64,000 nt of DNA from Eledone cirrhosa. Lineage: Eukaryota. How positions within the stretch are numbered: position 1 is the first letter of the stretch; every line of letters starts with the position of its first letter. The notes beneath the pieces are model-generated. The model saw nothing but the letters and a program-made list of their open reading frames with translations. It ran no database searches and had not been told where the DNA came from. Below, one piece after another: positions 40,438 to 57,127 of this stretch. The position numbers were made by a program, and so were the translations under genes. The DNA is taken from the NCBI GenBank assembly GCA_964016885.1, contig OZ024764.1, forward strand, positions 25,172,001 to 25,236,000, given 5' to 3'.

Positions 40438-40699
40438 TATACACATATATATACACACATACATACACACACACAAATATATATACATATATACACACAT
40501 ATACACACACATACACATACATATATACATATACACACATATATACACAAACATTCTCATACCTACAGATATACATAAATACATATACATACATATATAT
40601 ATACACACATAGATACACACACATATATATACACACATATATATATATATATTAGTGAAAAAGAACAAAGGAACTATTATGACATTATAACAAGTTTAT

Positions 40700-40746
40700 T
40701 GCCGACAGCCGTTTCGTCCGACCCCATGGTGGGACTTTTCAAGGCA
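40700..40746 (-). ncRNA. Type I HHR, U3:A8 core variant
   Basis: tgcc TTGAAAA gtcc...ggac GAAA cggctg TC ggca, overlapping or followed by AATAAA. Confidence 0.7.
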
Positions 40747-40990
40747 TATAACAGGTGATTGTACGATCATTATCTACATCAACGTATCACTCAAGGCTAG
40801 CAGTTTGAAATTGTGGTATACATCAGCAGCTCCGCTTGTATAATTGGGGTCTATATTCTAATATTTCTGCTCTGCTTATACGCATAGAGCTTAACTAGCT
40901 ACCGTCGCATATTTGGTAGGTCAGACGTGATCATCGCGATTCACATACGACCTACCATACATCTTGATATATATATATATATATGTATAA

Positions 40991-41163
<173 letters not shown>

Positions 41164-41164
41164 T

Positions 41165-41226
<62 letters not shown>

Positions 41227-41322
41227 AAATACCAATGACCGTTGGCAAATCACTGATGAGGGACTCATTTTATAACATGTTATCCATGTGCAACCATGCT
41301 ATATTCTTCTCCACATATTTTT

Positions 41323-41396
<74 letters not shown>

Positions 41397-41537
41397 CATA
41401 TATATATAAACGGAAAAAATGAAACGAAATTTCATTTCACACTCTTAGTACGGCTGTTACAGTTTTAAATCATCATATATGATGATTTAAAACTGCACTA
41501 TTCACAAGTATTTTTTAACCTTCATATCATGTCTCCC

Positions 41538-41608
41538 TATTTTATCTGACGAAAACGCAAATGTCAGCGCATCATGATATTTGTTTTTGAAATGCGCATA
41601 ATAAAATA
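41538..41608 (+). ncRNA. Type I HHR (UGCGCA family)
   Basis: tattttat CTGACGA [caaatgtca/tgatatttg stem II] GAAA tgcgca TA ataaaata; perfect 8-bp stem I. Confidence 0.82.
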
Positions 41609-41732
41609 CATGGAACTCTTTTAACCATCTTTTGATCTTATATATTATATATACTCCAGTCCTACAAATTGTAGAGTGCTACTTATCCGATATCTGCATT
41701 GCTTTATTGTACTAAAATAAAACTCACCTCCT

Positions 41733-41816
<84 letters not shown>

Positions 41817-42025
41817 ATATATATGTATGTGTGTGTATATATATGTATATATGTGTATATATATGTATATATGTATATATATATATATATATATGCAAAG
41901 GTTCTATTTAAATTGTTGGGATACAACAAGCAAATATTATTATAACTGATATAAAACACTCGACAAGTATTTGGAGTAGATATACGATATTAACAAATGG
42001 AAACTATATTTATAAAACCATATTT

Positions 42026-42088
42026 ATTTCATTATACATATTTCAAGGATACCAAGTTAAATTATGGTATGCCTTCATCAGACAAAAT
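42026..42088 (-). ncRNA. Type I HHR on the left arm of a long palindrome
   Basis: reverse complement of 42247-42309. Confidence 0.75.
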
Positions 42089-42246
42089 ACAATATATAAC
42101 AGTTTTATAAATAGACATTGACGTACCCTTTTAAAATGTGACCGTTACTTTTGGAAGACATCAGGATATCCTGATGTCTTCCAAAAGTAACGGTTGTATT
42201 TTGAAAGGGTACGTCAATGTTTATTTATAAAACTGGTATATATTGT

Positions 42247-42309
42247 ATTTTGTCTGATGAAGGCATACCATAATTTAACTTGGTATCCTTGAAATATGTA
42301 TAATGAAAT
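42247..42309 (+). ncRNA. Type I HHR on the right arm of a long palindrome
   Basis: attttgt CTGATGA aggcatacca...tggtatcctt GAAA tatgta TA atgaaat. Confidence 0.75.
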
Positions 42310-42354
42310 AAATATGGTTTTATAAATATAGTTTCCATTTGTTAATATCGTATC

Positions 42355-42395
<41 letters not shown>

Positions 42396-42430
42396 ATATG
42401 TGTACATGTGTGTATGTGTGTATATATATG

Positions 42431-42524
<94 letters not shown>

Positions 42525-42535
42525 CTTGTATATAT

Positions 42536-42585
<50 letters not shown>

Positions 42586-43794
42586 ACACATATATATATA
42601 TGTGTGTGTGTATATATATATATATATATCATCTTGGTTAAGAGAGTGGGACTGGCTTTGTGCAGTGCCTTTGCTCACTATAAAAGCTTCACGGCACAGG
42701 CATTGCTTTATATCTGGAGATCTCTCTGCACTTGTCGTCACATGGTACAATGGGCCCAACATTATGTGTCAATAATTGTCACAAGTGTAGTGTTTGTACC
42801 AGAGTTTTCAAGTCGTTGGCTGGACTAAAAAGCCACACTCGTTCAGCGCATCGGTAGGGGTTCTCCTACACGGATATAAAGTAGTGGCCGTACTCGAAAA
42901 CGAGTTGGCAGCCACCATATATATATATAAAATACAATATGTTGAAAAGGTAAAACACCAGAGAGAGATATACAGTGCGCTATCAATAAAACAGGGAAAA
43001 CCACCAGTGTATGGAATCTATAACCTATGAAAGGCAGACTATAGACACGATAATTAAAAATATAAATTAAAGCGTAAATAAATACCTTTATAACTATATA
43101 ACACACTTAGAAATCCAAAGATACTAATCCAAAGATATGTTTCACCAGTAATTTGTTGAAAAAATGGATTAACCTCGGTTCCTCAGCGTGTGTAAGGCTA
43201 TACATTTCAGACAACACTAAGAGAATTTTAAAAGTGACTGTCCAGCTACACGTGGGAGAGAGAAGTCAGAGCGTGTTTAAGGGCAGTGAACCAGTGGCCT
43301 CTGAGGGACGAGCTGCTAGAAAAGGCAGCCCAAAACTACTAAGAGAAGTGTGCTCAACCAAACAGAGAGATAGGAAAGACTGTTATAAGGAGCGAAATAT
43401 CACGATAAATTAACGGAGCCATAGAGCCTCGCCATTCCCTGTAAATAATGTGTTCAAAGGAGAAGAAATCCTGATTTCTTTAAAATACAATATGTTGAAA
43501 AGGTAACACACCAGAGAGAGATATACAGTGCGCTATCAATAAAACAAGGAAAAAAACAACCAATGTATGGAATCTATAACCTATGAAAGGCAGACTATAG
43601 ACACGATAATTAAAAATATAAATTAAAGCGTAAATAAATACCTCTATATGTACAATTTTGTTATGTACATCTACATAACAAAATTGTAAAATTATAAAAT
43701 TAAATTGTTTAGAATACCAACTACCAGTGAAATCATTCTCTTCCTTTTTCCAAATATACCTAACTGTACCAAGGATTTCACACATTTTCCAACC

Positions 43795-43918
<124 letters not shown>

Positions 43919-44504
43919 AGTTTTTATATAAAAGAGATTCTACAGGACTAGAACTGTTTCATTCGTGAGAAATCATCACAAATGAAACAGTTCTAGCCCT
44001 GTAGAAGCTCTTCTATATTAAAACTTTTATAGTCTGCTATGTATTGAGTACCTTACTTACTGTGGTTACCTCCAATTCAACCCGGAATAACTTACCTCCT
44101 TATATATATATAAAGTTCCCAGTCCACACTGGAAAGTCGTCATGTAGGTGTCACAACAAAAAAACACCCAGTACACAGTATAAATGTGGTTGGCATTAGG
44201 AATTTCTCTATGAGCTAGACATGGTCGTCTGACTTGGTTTGTCTCACAACAGGACAACTCGTCTTACCAATGCTAGTAGGGAAATGGACATTAAATAGTG
44301 ATGATGATGATGATGATAACAAATGTAATTATGTTCTATCTGTCTTGTCCCTGGAAAAAAAATATATAGTGGACACTTGACAAAAAGCCCATGTAGTTTG
44401 GCTTTACCTGAAACTACATGGTTATGAAACAAACTCCTTAGCCCCACAGCCACCAAGCCTGCATAATATATTTTAATATGTTTTCATATGCCAACTATTT
44501 TCAG

Positions 44505-44624
44505 CTGCAACTTATTTTTAAAGTTCAACCCCCTGATAGTTATCTTGAAACTCTACATAACATGTTTCCAAAACATGTTAATCCTGAAACAATACAGGAA
44601 TTTTATAAGCAAATATCAACAAAG
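44505..44624 (+). CDS. M13 peptidase-like gene, exon 4
   Basis: ttttcag|...|gtaagc; LQLIFKVQPPDSYLETLHNMFPKHVNPETIQEFYKQISTK; phase 0-0. Confidence 0.72.
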
Positions 44625-44691
44625 GTAAGCCAATTTTGATATTGTAGCAGCTCTATAAGTCTTCGTGTTTTGAGATTTTCCACTGATTTAA

Positions 44692-44911
44692 CCCTTTAAT
44701 GTTCAAACCAGCCAAAACTGGCCAGAATTCTCTACCTTTTTCTGTTGAAACTGGCTATAACTGGTCATTCAAACTGATGTTAAGGTATTGTTCTCAAAAT
44801 AAATACTTTCAAAATCTCATAGATTCGATATTATGTGAGATAATTATGCGAGGTAAAGCCTCTACCATGAAAATATAATAGTATATATAGAGTAATGTGA
44901 ATGTTAAAGGG
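44692..44911. mobile_element. TTAA MITE copy 3, unexpanded (220 bp, single satellite unit)
   Basis: ttaa-CCCTTTAATGTTCA ... TGAATGTTAAAGGG-ttaa (12/14 TIR match). Confidence 0.88.
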
Positions 44912-45650
44912 TTAAGCTGGCATGATGATATCATGGTGATTGCCAAATCTTCAGCCCAGAAAGTTGGTTCACTCTGTTGTATAAGAATATCTTATTTCTT
45001 TATAAATCTACCAAATAGAAAATATATGATTGAATAAGAAAATACTGTATACACTCATATGTGGTATGTGTTGCATGTATTAGCAACAGAATTTTTAAGT
45101 GAAGTACTAAAATATTTTCACTTTGGTGGTGAATATTACACCTGTTTCACTTTGGAGGGGAATATTACACCTGTTTCACTTTGGAGGTGAAATTTGCTTT
45201 TCTTATAGCTTTCTGTGTTTTGAATGAATATGGCCTTCAAAAGAGTCAGAAATTGGTAAAAACATTATATAATGGAGTTGTGAAACAAAAACTATTCTTT
45301 AAATGACACTTAAAACCTTTTAAATATCAAAATATAAAAAACTTTATAAATATATTCTCCTTCATGAGAATTTCACAACTGCACCATCTAAACATAATGT
45401 GTTTATATGTTGCCTTGTCTTATATACAGGGTTTGGATTTTTGCCCATCTCTCAGACATAAAATGGTGGAGGTCAGCTCTTATTTGTTTATATACAGTAG
45501 TTAGAAATGTTGTTCTATAGAGGCAGTCAGATGACTCTATCTAGTGTTGAGAACTTAATGAAAGTGTAAAGATCAGATAGAAAATATATGATTAATGGAG
45601 AAAATAGTAATAAATGTTGATTCTCTTCCTTGTTTGTTTTATCTCTTTAG

Positions 45651-45713
45651 AGACAGAGTAATAAAATACCAGCTATTTATACTGTTAATCAACTAAGGAG
45701 GATATTATCTACT
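45651..45713 (+). CDS. M13 peptidase-like gene, exon 5
   Basis: long pyrimidine tract ctctttag|...|gtaagt; RQSNKIPAIYTVNQLRRILST, similar to the YNKMTLAQL segment; phase 0-0. Confidence 0.75.
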
Positions 45714-46307
45714 GTAAGTATACATACAATATTTTGACAACACACTAGCCAAGTCAACAACACATACATATCTTTTGAGAGTGTATAGCTTAGTGGTTGG
45801 AGAGTTGGCTTCACAATCATAAGGTTGTGAATTCAATTCTCAGAAGAAGGGATCTGTTGTGTTCTTGAGCAAAACACTTTATTATTCATGTTGCTCCCAT
45901 TCACACAACTGTAGAAATGTGATGCCAAGCTCTATTAGACTTTACCTTGGACAACATTAATGGTATGGAGAAGGTAAACTGATGTACATGGGCAACTGTT
46001 GGTCTTTCACAAAAACACCTTGCCCAGACTTGTGCCTTGTACTTGTACTTTCTAGGTGCAAGTCCCATAATTCAGAGCATACTTATACACTGTTATCATG
46101 GGAACAACAATAATTATATTTTGTAATACATATGACGAGGCAGGAGACAGAAACAAGACAAACATTTTCTCTTATATTAATTAAATTCTTGCCTATACTA
46201 CAGTTTTAAACCAAGAGAAAAATACTATTTACCATAATTAAAATATACCAGATAATTAGTAAATTTAAGATAATCTTCAGTCTTTTAGTGCAACAAAATA
46301 AATATTA

Positions 46308-46339
<32 letters not shown>

Positions 46340-46482
46340 AATATTAGGTAGTAACATGTGCTTATGCCGTATTTGACTAAATAGAATTAGTCTGTTAGTT
46401 GGGATTTAAAAAAAACCCTCTGAATGGAAAAAAGAATGAGTATTGACGTACATAGGACATGTATATATATGTATATATATAT

Positions 46483-49738
<3,256 letters not shown>

Positions 49739-50594
49739 CTATATATATATATAACGAAGGAAATGTGGTAAGGAACCAGATGGACCATAGCGCATCAAAG
49801 TACTCAATACTTAGGGTAGTAGAGTGGGTAATATGAACGAGTAGGACCCCAACGGCTGAACTCAAGCCATTTCGACGGCTAATTCTGGATTTAGTCCAGA
49901 ATTAGCCGTCGAAACGGCTTGAGCTCAGCCGTCGGGGTCCTACTCGTTCATATTGTATATATATATATATGTATATATATCTTTAGGTTTGTTGGTTCAC
50001 CACTGGATAGAACTGGTCATTCCGTATGGTCAATCCTGGTGTAATATTGTGAAGAGTACTCAACGTTGTACAGTTCACCCATCTTCGTTTGTGTAGTTGG
50101 TGGTACGAATACGGAGTTAATTATAAATAAAATAAAATAACAGGAGTCTGGACTGGTGTAAATCCTTGAAAGGTTTATTATACTATGATCATTTCAATGA
50201 CCGGGTTCCATATGAACCCGCTCATTGAAATGATCATAGTATAATAAACCTTTCAAGGATTTACACCAGTCCAGACTCCTGTTATTTTATTTTATTTATA
50301 TATATATATATATATATAATCAAGGTTTAGCAAATAGAGAAAAAGTTTTAAAATAAATTTTTAAAAGTTCACTGTACTTACTATATTTACCCTTACCGCA
50401 CGGTTTCAGCATAAGTACATGTTACTAACTAATTTTCAAATTTGCTAGCTGTTTGTAAACAAAGCCTGCTTTGTGTTTCCCTATTTATACACACACACAC
50501 ACACACTCATATATATATATACGTTTGTGTGAGTGTGTGTGTGGTTTCATGTCTGTGTTTGTATTCTATCTTTGTTCACTAGTGTGTGATTATG

Positions 50595-50879
50595 TGTGGT
50601 TGTTGTTATTGTACCTGTGTATATGTATTTATATTTACCTTAGGTCAGTATTGTGTGTGTATGGTGGTGGTTGTTATTGTACCTGTGTATATGTATTTAT
50701 ATTTACCTTAGGTCAGTATTGTGTGTGTATGGTGGTGGTTGTTATTGTACCTGTGTATATGTATTTATATTTACCTTAGGTCAGTATTGTGTGTGTATGG
50801 TGGTGGTTGTTATTGTACCTGCGTATATGTATTTATATTTACCTTAGGTCAGTATTGTGTGTATGGTGGTGGTTGTTAT
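50595..50879. repeat. 68-bp tandem repeat (~4 units)
   Basis: gttattgtacctgtgtatatgtatttatatttaccttaggtcagtattgtgtgtgtatggtggtggtt. Confidence 0.9.
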
Positions 50880-51130
50880 ACCACCATGTCTTTGTCTGGC
50901 GTGTTCGTATAGTACTGAACTGTCTTTTGTCCTTCTAGTTCCCCCCAGTGTTGGGCTAATCTCTCCCCTATGCTCTGAGCTGTCTCACCTATGTATGTCA
51001 TTGTCATGTTTCTGCAGGTACCCTCTGTACATCTTATGCTATAGACTACATTTCTAGCTTTACAGTTTATTTGTGGATTTATTCCACAAATAACACATTT
51101 CTTATTCATACAGTGGGTTTTCTTAAAGGG
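50876..51130 (-). mobile_element. Penelope-like GIY-YIG endonuclease fragment
   Basis: CVIC...INCKARNVVYSIRC...YIGETAQSIGERLAQH. Confidence 0.8.
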
Positions 51131-51435
51131 GTAAAACACACACACAGACGCATGCACAGAGACAAGAATAAATAAATAAAAATGGAATAGACATTACAAT
51201 ACAATGGGAGAAAACGTAATAGTACCCCTGATGATGTCACAGGTGTGTGATGAAAGAACTTTGATAGACTATATATATATATATATATATTATAACCATT
51301 GGTCAACTAATGATAAACATTGATTGCCAGCTAAATTAACTATAGATATATAAAATATACAGTGAATGTGTTTTATTATTATTTCTGGCAATATAACAAT
51401 ATGACCCTCCCTAAATATAACAATATATATATATA

Positions 51436-51690
51436 CAGGGTGGGGGGAAAGTAACTCCCTATTGAAAATTACTTTTGGCCTAATATGACCACTTTGGACA
51501 ACCTCAATGACCTCATATTCATGCATGATGGGGCTCCCGCCTCATTTTACATGCACTCTTTGTGATTGGCTTCATGTCCATTTTCCAGGATGTTCGCTAG
51601 GCTGTCAAATAAAATGTTTTATGAAAATTGACCAATAGTTGATACATTTTGTAACAACTTTAAATCGGTAGTTTCTTTCCACCCACTCTG
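51436..51690. mobile_element. Tc1/mariner-derived MITE
   Basis: TA-CAGGGTGGGGGGAAAG ... CTTTCCACCCACTCTG-TA (14/16 TIR); internal FMHDGAP transposase remnant. Confidence 0.8.
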
Positions 51691-52084
51691 TATATACACT
51701 TGTTTTATGCCATGCAGTGAATTATATCTGATATAGTAGAAGAGAGAAGACTGCATTGGTATGGGCATGGGATGCACATGGATGATGACTGAGGGGTAAA
51801 GAAGTGCCAGGAAATCCCAGTGGAAGCAAGCCACAGTAGAGGAAGACCTGGGCTGAGGCGGTGCAAGCTTATCTGAAATTGATTAAACTCAACAGAGATG
51901 ACAAAGGATCGTGGCGAGGGAAGAGCTGTGCTGTAAAAGGATCCGTCCAATCCATGCAAGTGTATGTAAAAACGATGATGGTTGGTGGCTGTGGTGATGT
52001 TGGGGGCAGGGGGTCTAATTGTTTGTGTCTTTGCCTACCTCAGCCCAGAGAAAATATTAAATTAGTTTCTTTTTTTATTCACAG

Positions 52085-52215
52085 TTTGATCTGGTTACCC
52101 TATTTGAGGACATACTGAAGGTGGCCAATGAAGACATCAACAATGTTTATTTTGTAATAGAAGACATAAAGACCCTTAGATGGTTGAACAATATCATACA
52201 AGAAACAGAGCAAAA
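52085..52215 (+). CDS. M13 peptidase-like gene, exon 6
   Basis: ttcacag|...|gtaagg; FDLVTLFEDILKVANEDINNVYFVIEDIKTLRWLNNIIQETEQ(K); phase 0-2, as for the equivalent neprilysin exon. Confidence 0.82.
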
Positions 52216-53040
52216 GTAAGGTCTAACTTTTTATTCTATTACAGATTTCTCATTAGGCCATACCCATTCTAGGACACTGCCTTAAAATCGATCATATTGA
52301 CCCTAATATATTTTTTCAAGTTGTATTTTGTGTGGTGGACTTTGGTTGGTATAGGTTTGTTGTTTTCATTTACCTTTATTTATGTGTATATATAATCATT
52401 ATCATCATTTTACGCCTGTTTTTCCCTGCCTACAAGGATGTGACAGGTCAGTACAGCATCTCTGCATTTGTCATGGTCTTTCATCATCTCCTCTGTGAGC
52501 TTCAGTGATCTGAGGTCAGCTCTCACCACCACCACCCATGTTTTCTGTGGTCTTCCTCTACTGCATCTTCCTTCCACTGGGATTACTTGGCACTTCTTCA
52601 CCCAGTGGTCATCATCCATGCACATCACATGTCCATACCAACGTAGTTTTTTCTCCAGCACACTACAATTTAGTCCTCTTATACACGGCTTCACTCTCAA
52701 CTCGTCCATCCTTGGTCATTCACGCACATAGACATTGCACATCCATCGGTGCATGCTTGCTTCATTTCTCTCCAGCCTTCGCATATCCTCCACAGTTGCT
52801 GCCCATGTCTCACTACCAAGCAGCATCACAAATCACACAGGCATCATACAACAAACCTTTTGTTCATAGGGAGAGGAATGTAGTTCAATTATTCATAGCT
52901 GCTGCTGGTCACTTCTTTTATGTTTATAGGGGTATTTTACCTAATTATCTGACCTATTAACATTTATAGCAATTAATTTTCTATGTAATTAATTTTATAT
53001 CTCGCTAATTCCATTTATTACTACTAAATTTTCATTTCAG

Positions 53041-53131
53041 GGATTTCCTGATTCTAGTTTTTCTCGAAATATTTGGCAATCTTTTCTCAGATTACCCAAA
53101 TCTTTCCAACCAACCAGTGGAACACTTTGAG
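53041..53131 (+). CDS. M13 peptidase-like gene, exon 7
   Basis: tttcag|...|gtgatt; (K)DFLILVFLEIFGNLFSDYPNLSNQPVEHFE; phase 2-0. Confidence 0.75.
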
Positions 53132-53321
53132 GTGATTATGTAGCTTTAGTCTGCTTCACTAACTTTTTAAAATCTCTTTTGTTGTTACCTCTCATTGCTG
53201 TTTTTATAAATATTTTCATGGGAACTTTTCTTTGTTGCCTCATTTCCATGAGTTTGTAAGACCTCACTACACTTGACAGTGTGTAGGATAACTTGGACAA
53301 TCTTTGTTCACATATAAAAAC

Positions 53322-53363
<42 letters not shown>

Positions 53364-53604
53364 TATAATAAAATATCTATTGTAGTTTCCTGGTTAGTCA
53401 GAGTATTTCTTCGTGTCTTGGGAGGATCGTGCTTGAGGTGCAATCCTCCTTGGGACGATCATACCTTTGAATAAATAAATAAAAACTTTTCAAAAGTTAG
53501 TGCGCTCGCATACCCACAACCTAAATGCTATGAAAACTATACTCATATCTTTATTTATTTGTGTATTATGATTTTATATTTATCAACTCTTTTCTCCTTA
53601 TCAG

Positions 53605-53721
53605 TTCAACATTAATTCAACAAAAGAAGCTAACATGTGTTTCAACATTGCGTTACTGATGGATGATGTACTCAGCTGGATGTATATACAAAAACATTTT
53701 GATGGGCAGCAACATCACACG
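53605..53721 (+). CDS. M13 peptidase-like gene, exon 8
   Basis: ttatcag|...|gtaaat; FNINSTKEANMCFNIALLMDDVLSWMYIQKHFDGQQHHT, similar to WRRC...AVGRLYVEAAF; phase 0-0. Confidence 0.85.
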
Positions 53722-54184
53722 GTAAATAGAATAACGTTTCTGCAAGATAATGTCAAACAGTGCTGGACTTACCTTACTTTAAAACTTAAGACCACACACC
53801 TCGGGAGCCCCAATTTAAAAATAAATATTTTAATTTTTCTATCTGCAAATGGAAAAATCAATTCATTAGTTAAAAGGAACATTTTGTAATAATTTATTAT
53901 TCTCTTAACATTTATTTCACTAGCCATATATAAAATTAAATTATAATAAAGGTGCATAAAAGAAAAATTATCATACACAATTTACAAAGAAGAGAATAAA
54001 AAGTTCTCAGGAATGGAGTTAAGTAGTTTATTATAAACTTAATTTACTTTTATGTCCTGATATTTCAAGATTAACATCTCTTCTTCCGAGGAAAATAAAG
54101 GAACTATTCCAGTGTCTCATGTAGCATGCTATACCATACTGCCCGGAAGTAGTTTTATTATTAAAACTACATTTAAGCCCGTGA

Positions 54185-54362
54185 ATTGGCAGTATCGGTA
54201 GAGGGTCGGACTCCATGCTTTGACGCAAAGAGTTACGGCCCTTTCCATTCTGAGTTCAAATCCCGCCGAGGTTAACTTTGCCTTTCATCCTTACGGGTCG
54301 TTAAAATAAAATACCAGTAATACACTGAGTAATTGCTGGCCTTGTGCCAAAAGTAGAAACAA
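54185..54362 (+). mobile_element. tRNA-derived SINE
   Basis: A-box tggcagtatcgg, B-box gagttcaaatcc, body ctttcatcc...gtcg.taaaataaa.taccagt; related copies at about 6095-6275, 36000-36090 and 55829-55951. Confidence 0.75.
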
Positions 54363-54420
54363 TTATTAAAACTACACATGTATTTACATATACTAGATGG
54401 ACCTGTGAAAAAATTCGAGG

Positions 54421-54715
54421 ATAATCCCCACTCTCTATATTATAACCTCCCCTCTATATACTATAACCCCCCTCTCCATATTATAACCTCCCCTCTATAT
54501 ATTATAACCCCCTCTCTATATTATAACCCCCTCTCTATATTATAACCCCTTCTCTATATTATAACCTCCCCTCTATATATTATAACCCCCCTCTCTATAT
54601 TATAACCCCTTCTCTATATTATAAGCACCTCTCTATATATTATAATCCCCTCTCTCTATATTATAACCCCCTCTCTCTATATATTAAAACTCCCTCTCTC
54701 TATATTATAACCCCC
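54421..54715. repeat. ~20-22-bp minisatellite
   Basis: repeats of ctctatat(at)tataacccc. Confidence 0.9.
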
Positions 54716-56025
54716 GTAGGTATTAAGGTATTAATATATATATTACTGACAGTGTGACACACGGTCTGACGTACGGTACGTAGGTATTAAGGTATTAATA
54801 TATATATTACTGACAGTGTGACACACGGTCTGACGTATGGTACGTAGGTATTAAGGTATTAATATATATATTACTGACAGTGTGACACACGGTCTGACGT
54901 ACGGTACGTAGGTATTAACGTATTAATATATATGTTACTGACAGTGTGACACACATGGTCTGACGTACGGTACGTAGGTATTATCCTATTAATATATATA
55001 TTACTGACAGTGTGACACACGGTCTGACGTACGGTACGTAGGTATTATCCTATTAATATATATATTACTGACAGTGTGACACACATGGTCTGACGTACGG
55101 TACGTAGGTATTAAGGTATTAATATATATATTACTGACAGTGTGACACACGGTCTGACTTACGGTACGTAGGTATTAACGTATTAATATATATATTACTG
55201 ACAGTGTGACACACGGTCTGACGTATGGTACGTAGGTATTAAGGTATTAATATATATATTACTGACAGTGTGACACACGGTCTGACGTACGGTACGTAGG
55301 TATTAACGTATTAATATATATATTACTGACAGTGTGACACACGGTCTGACGTACGGTACGTAGGTATTAAGGTATTAGTATATATATTACTGAAAGTGTG
55401 ACACACGGTCTGACTTACGGTACGTAGGTATTAACGTATTAATATATATATTACTGACAGTGTGACACACGGTCTGACGTATGGTACGTAGGTATTAAGG
55501 TATTAATATATATATTACTGACAGTGTGACACACGGTCTGACGTACGGTACGTAGGTATTAACGTATTAATATATATATTACTGACAGTGTGACACACGG
55601 TCTGACGTATGGTACGTAGGTATTAAGGTATTAATATATATATTACTGACAGTGTGACACACACGGTCTGATGTACGGTACGTAGGTATTAAGGTATTAA
55701 TATATATATTACTGACAGTGTGACACACACGGTCTGATGTACGGTACGTAGGTATTAACCTCTTAATATATATATTACTGAAAGTGTGACACACGGTCTG
55801 ATGTACGGTACGTAGGTATTAAGGTATTTAACTTTGCCTTTCATCCTCACGGGGTCGATAAAATAAAGTACCAGTCTCGCACTGGGGTCGATTTAATCGA
55901 CTTTCCACTCCCCCACCTAAAATCACTGGCCTTGTGCCTATATAAGAAACCAATATATATATATATTACTGAAAGTGTGACACACATGGTCTGACGTACG
56001 GTACGTAGGTATTAGTGTATTAATA
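54716..56025. repeat. 64-bp tandem repeat (~18 units), interrupted near its end by a truncated SINE (55829-55951)
   Basis: unit tattaaggtattaatatatatattactgacagtgtgacacacggtctgacgtacggtacgtagg at 54721, 54785, 54849... Confidence 0.95.
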
Positions 56026-56986
56026 TTTAGATTATTAGACCACCCATGACCCATTGGATCAGGTTCACTTAAAAATATTTTTAAAAAATCATGTTCACTT
56101 AACATTTTTTTTACAGCTCTCTCTCTTTTCCATTTTCCTTCTCTCTCTCTCTCCCTCTTTCTCTCCCTCTTTCACTCTCTCTCTCTCTCTCTCCCTCTCT
56201 CTTTCCCTCTTTCACTCTCTCTCTCTCTATCTGTATGTCTATCTTTTAATCTACTCTCTCACAACCACTATCTCTTTCTCTCTCTCTATTTATAAAGGTT
56301 CCCAGTAAAGCCCGTATCTCGGGAACCCGTGCTCCGATTTACGCGAAACTTGTTTTTTTCCATTTGTATTCCCATTTCAGGGTCAACTTCCTTTCAAAGT
56401 ATTTTCCCATTAGGCGCTATTTTAGCTGAATTAAATAACAGACAAGACACAATCACAGAGTTTTAGTAGTATATAGATAAATATATATATAAATACATAT
56501 GTATGTATGCCAAAAGTAAACAGAGAACAACACTTCTTCTTCTCCTTCTTCCTTCCTTTCTTTCTTCCAGACAATGTCTTTCATTAGAAATATGGTAAAG
56601 AAAAGAGGCTACTATTAACTCCCTAATAGATGTAATCTGTTCTCTTTATTATTGCATTCATTGTGAAAAACCCTTAAGTGCCATATTTGATGGTACTTTT
56701 TTTTTCAAAAAAATTACCCTATGTCTTACAAGGTTAAGGGTCAGTTTGGGTTACTAGCTAGTGGAATTCTCGTGCTGCAGTGGCCCTTAAATTAAATTTT
56801 CACACTTCATTATGACATACAAACTTTATACCTGATGTTTGTAGTTTAAACCCATTTATTTGTTATTGTTTTTAAAAGCCTGCCGAAATTGTTGTGCACC
56901 TTATAATCCCATGTGCCTTATAAACCATCAAATATGGTACATCCATGTATAGATACAGTTCTGTTTTCTTTCTATTGTATATCCAG

Positions 56987-57091
56987 GCCGATTCCATCGT
57001 TATTTATCTGTTGGAAGCAACAAAAGAAGTTATAAAAGAAACTGACTGGTTAGACAACAGGAGTAAAAAATCTGCCTTAGCAAAGCTCAAG
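56987..57091 (+). CDS. M13 peptidase-like gene, exon 9
   Basis: atccag|...|gtaaat; ADSIVIYLLEATKEVIKETDWLDNRSKKSALAKLK, the hallmark W(M/L)DxxT/SKxxAxxK motif of M13 peptidases. Confidence 0.9.
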
Positions 57092-57127
57092 GTAAATTTT
57101 TCTGCAGGGATTTTCCTTTCTTTTTAA

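Larger units (their letters stand above)
54393..56477 (-). mobile_element. Non-autonomous Helitron carrying internal tandem repeats
   Basis: minus strand A^TCTATATACTACTAAAA ... imperfect hairpin (54402-54420) ... CTAG^T; inserted between A and T with no TSD. Confidence 0.65.

Noticed and set aside
45781-45850. tRNA gene
   Set aside because: Degenerate tRNA-like SINE head, no cloverleaf
50385-50440. Minus-strand GAAA ccgtgcgg TA half-hammerhead
   Set aside because: CUGANGA absent; at most a decayed remnant
51224-51270. CTGATGA-stem-GAAA motif
   Set aside because: No convincing stem III, NUH and stem I closure; not counted as an HHR
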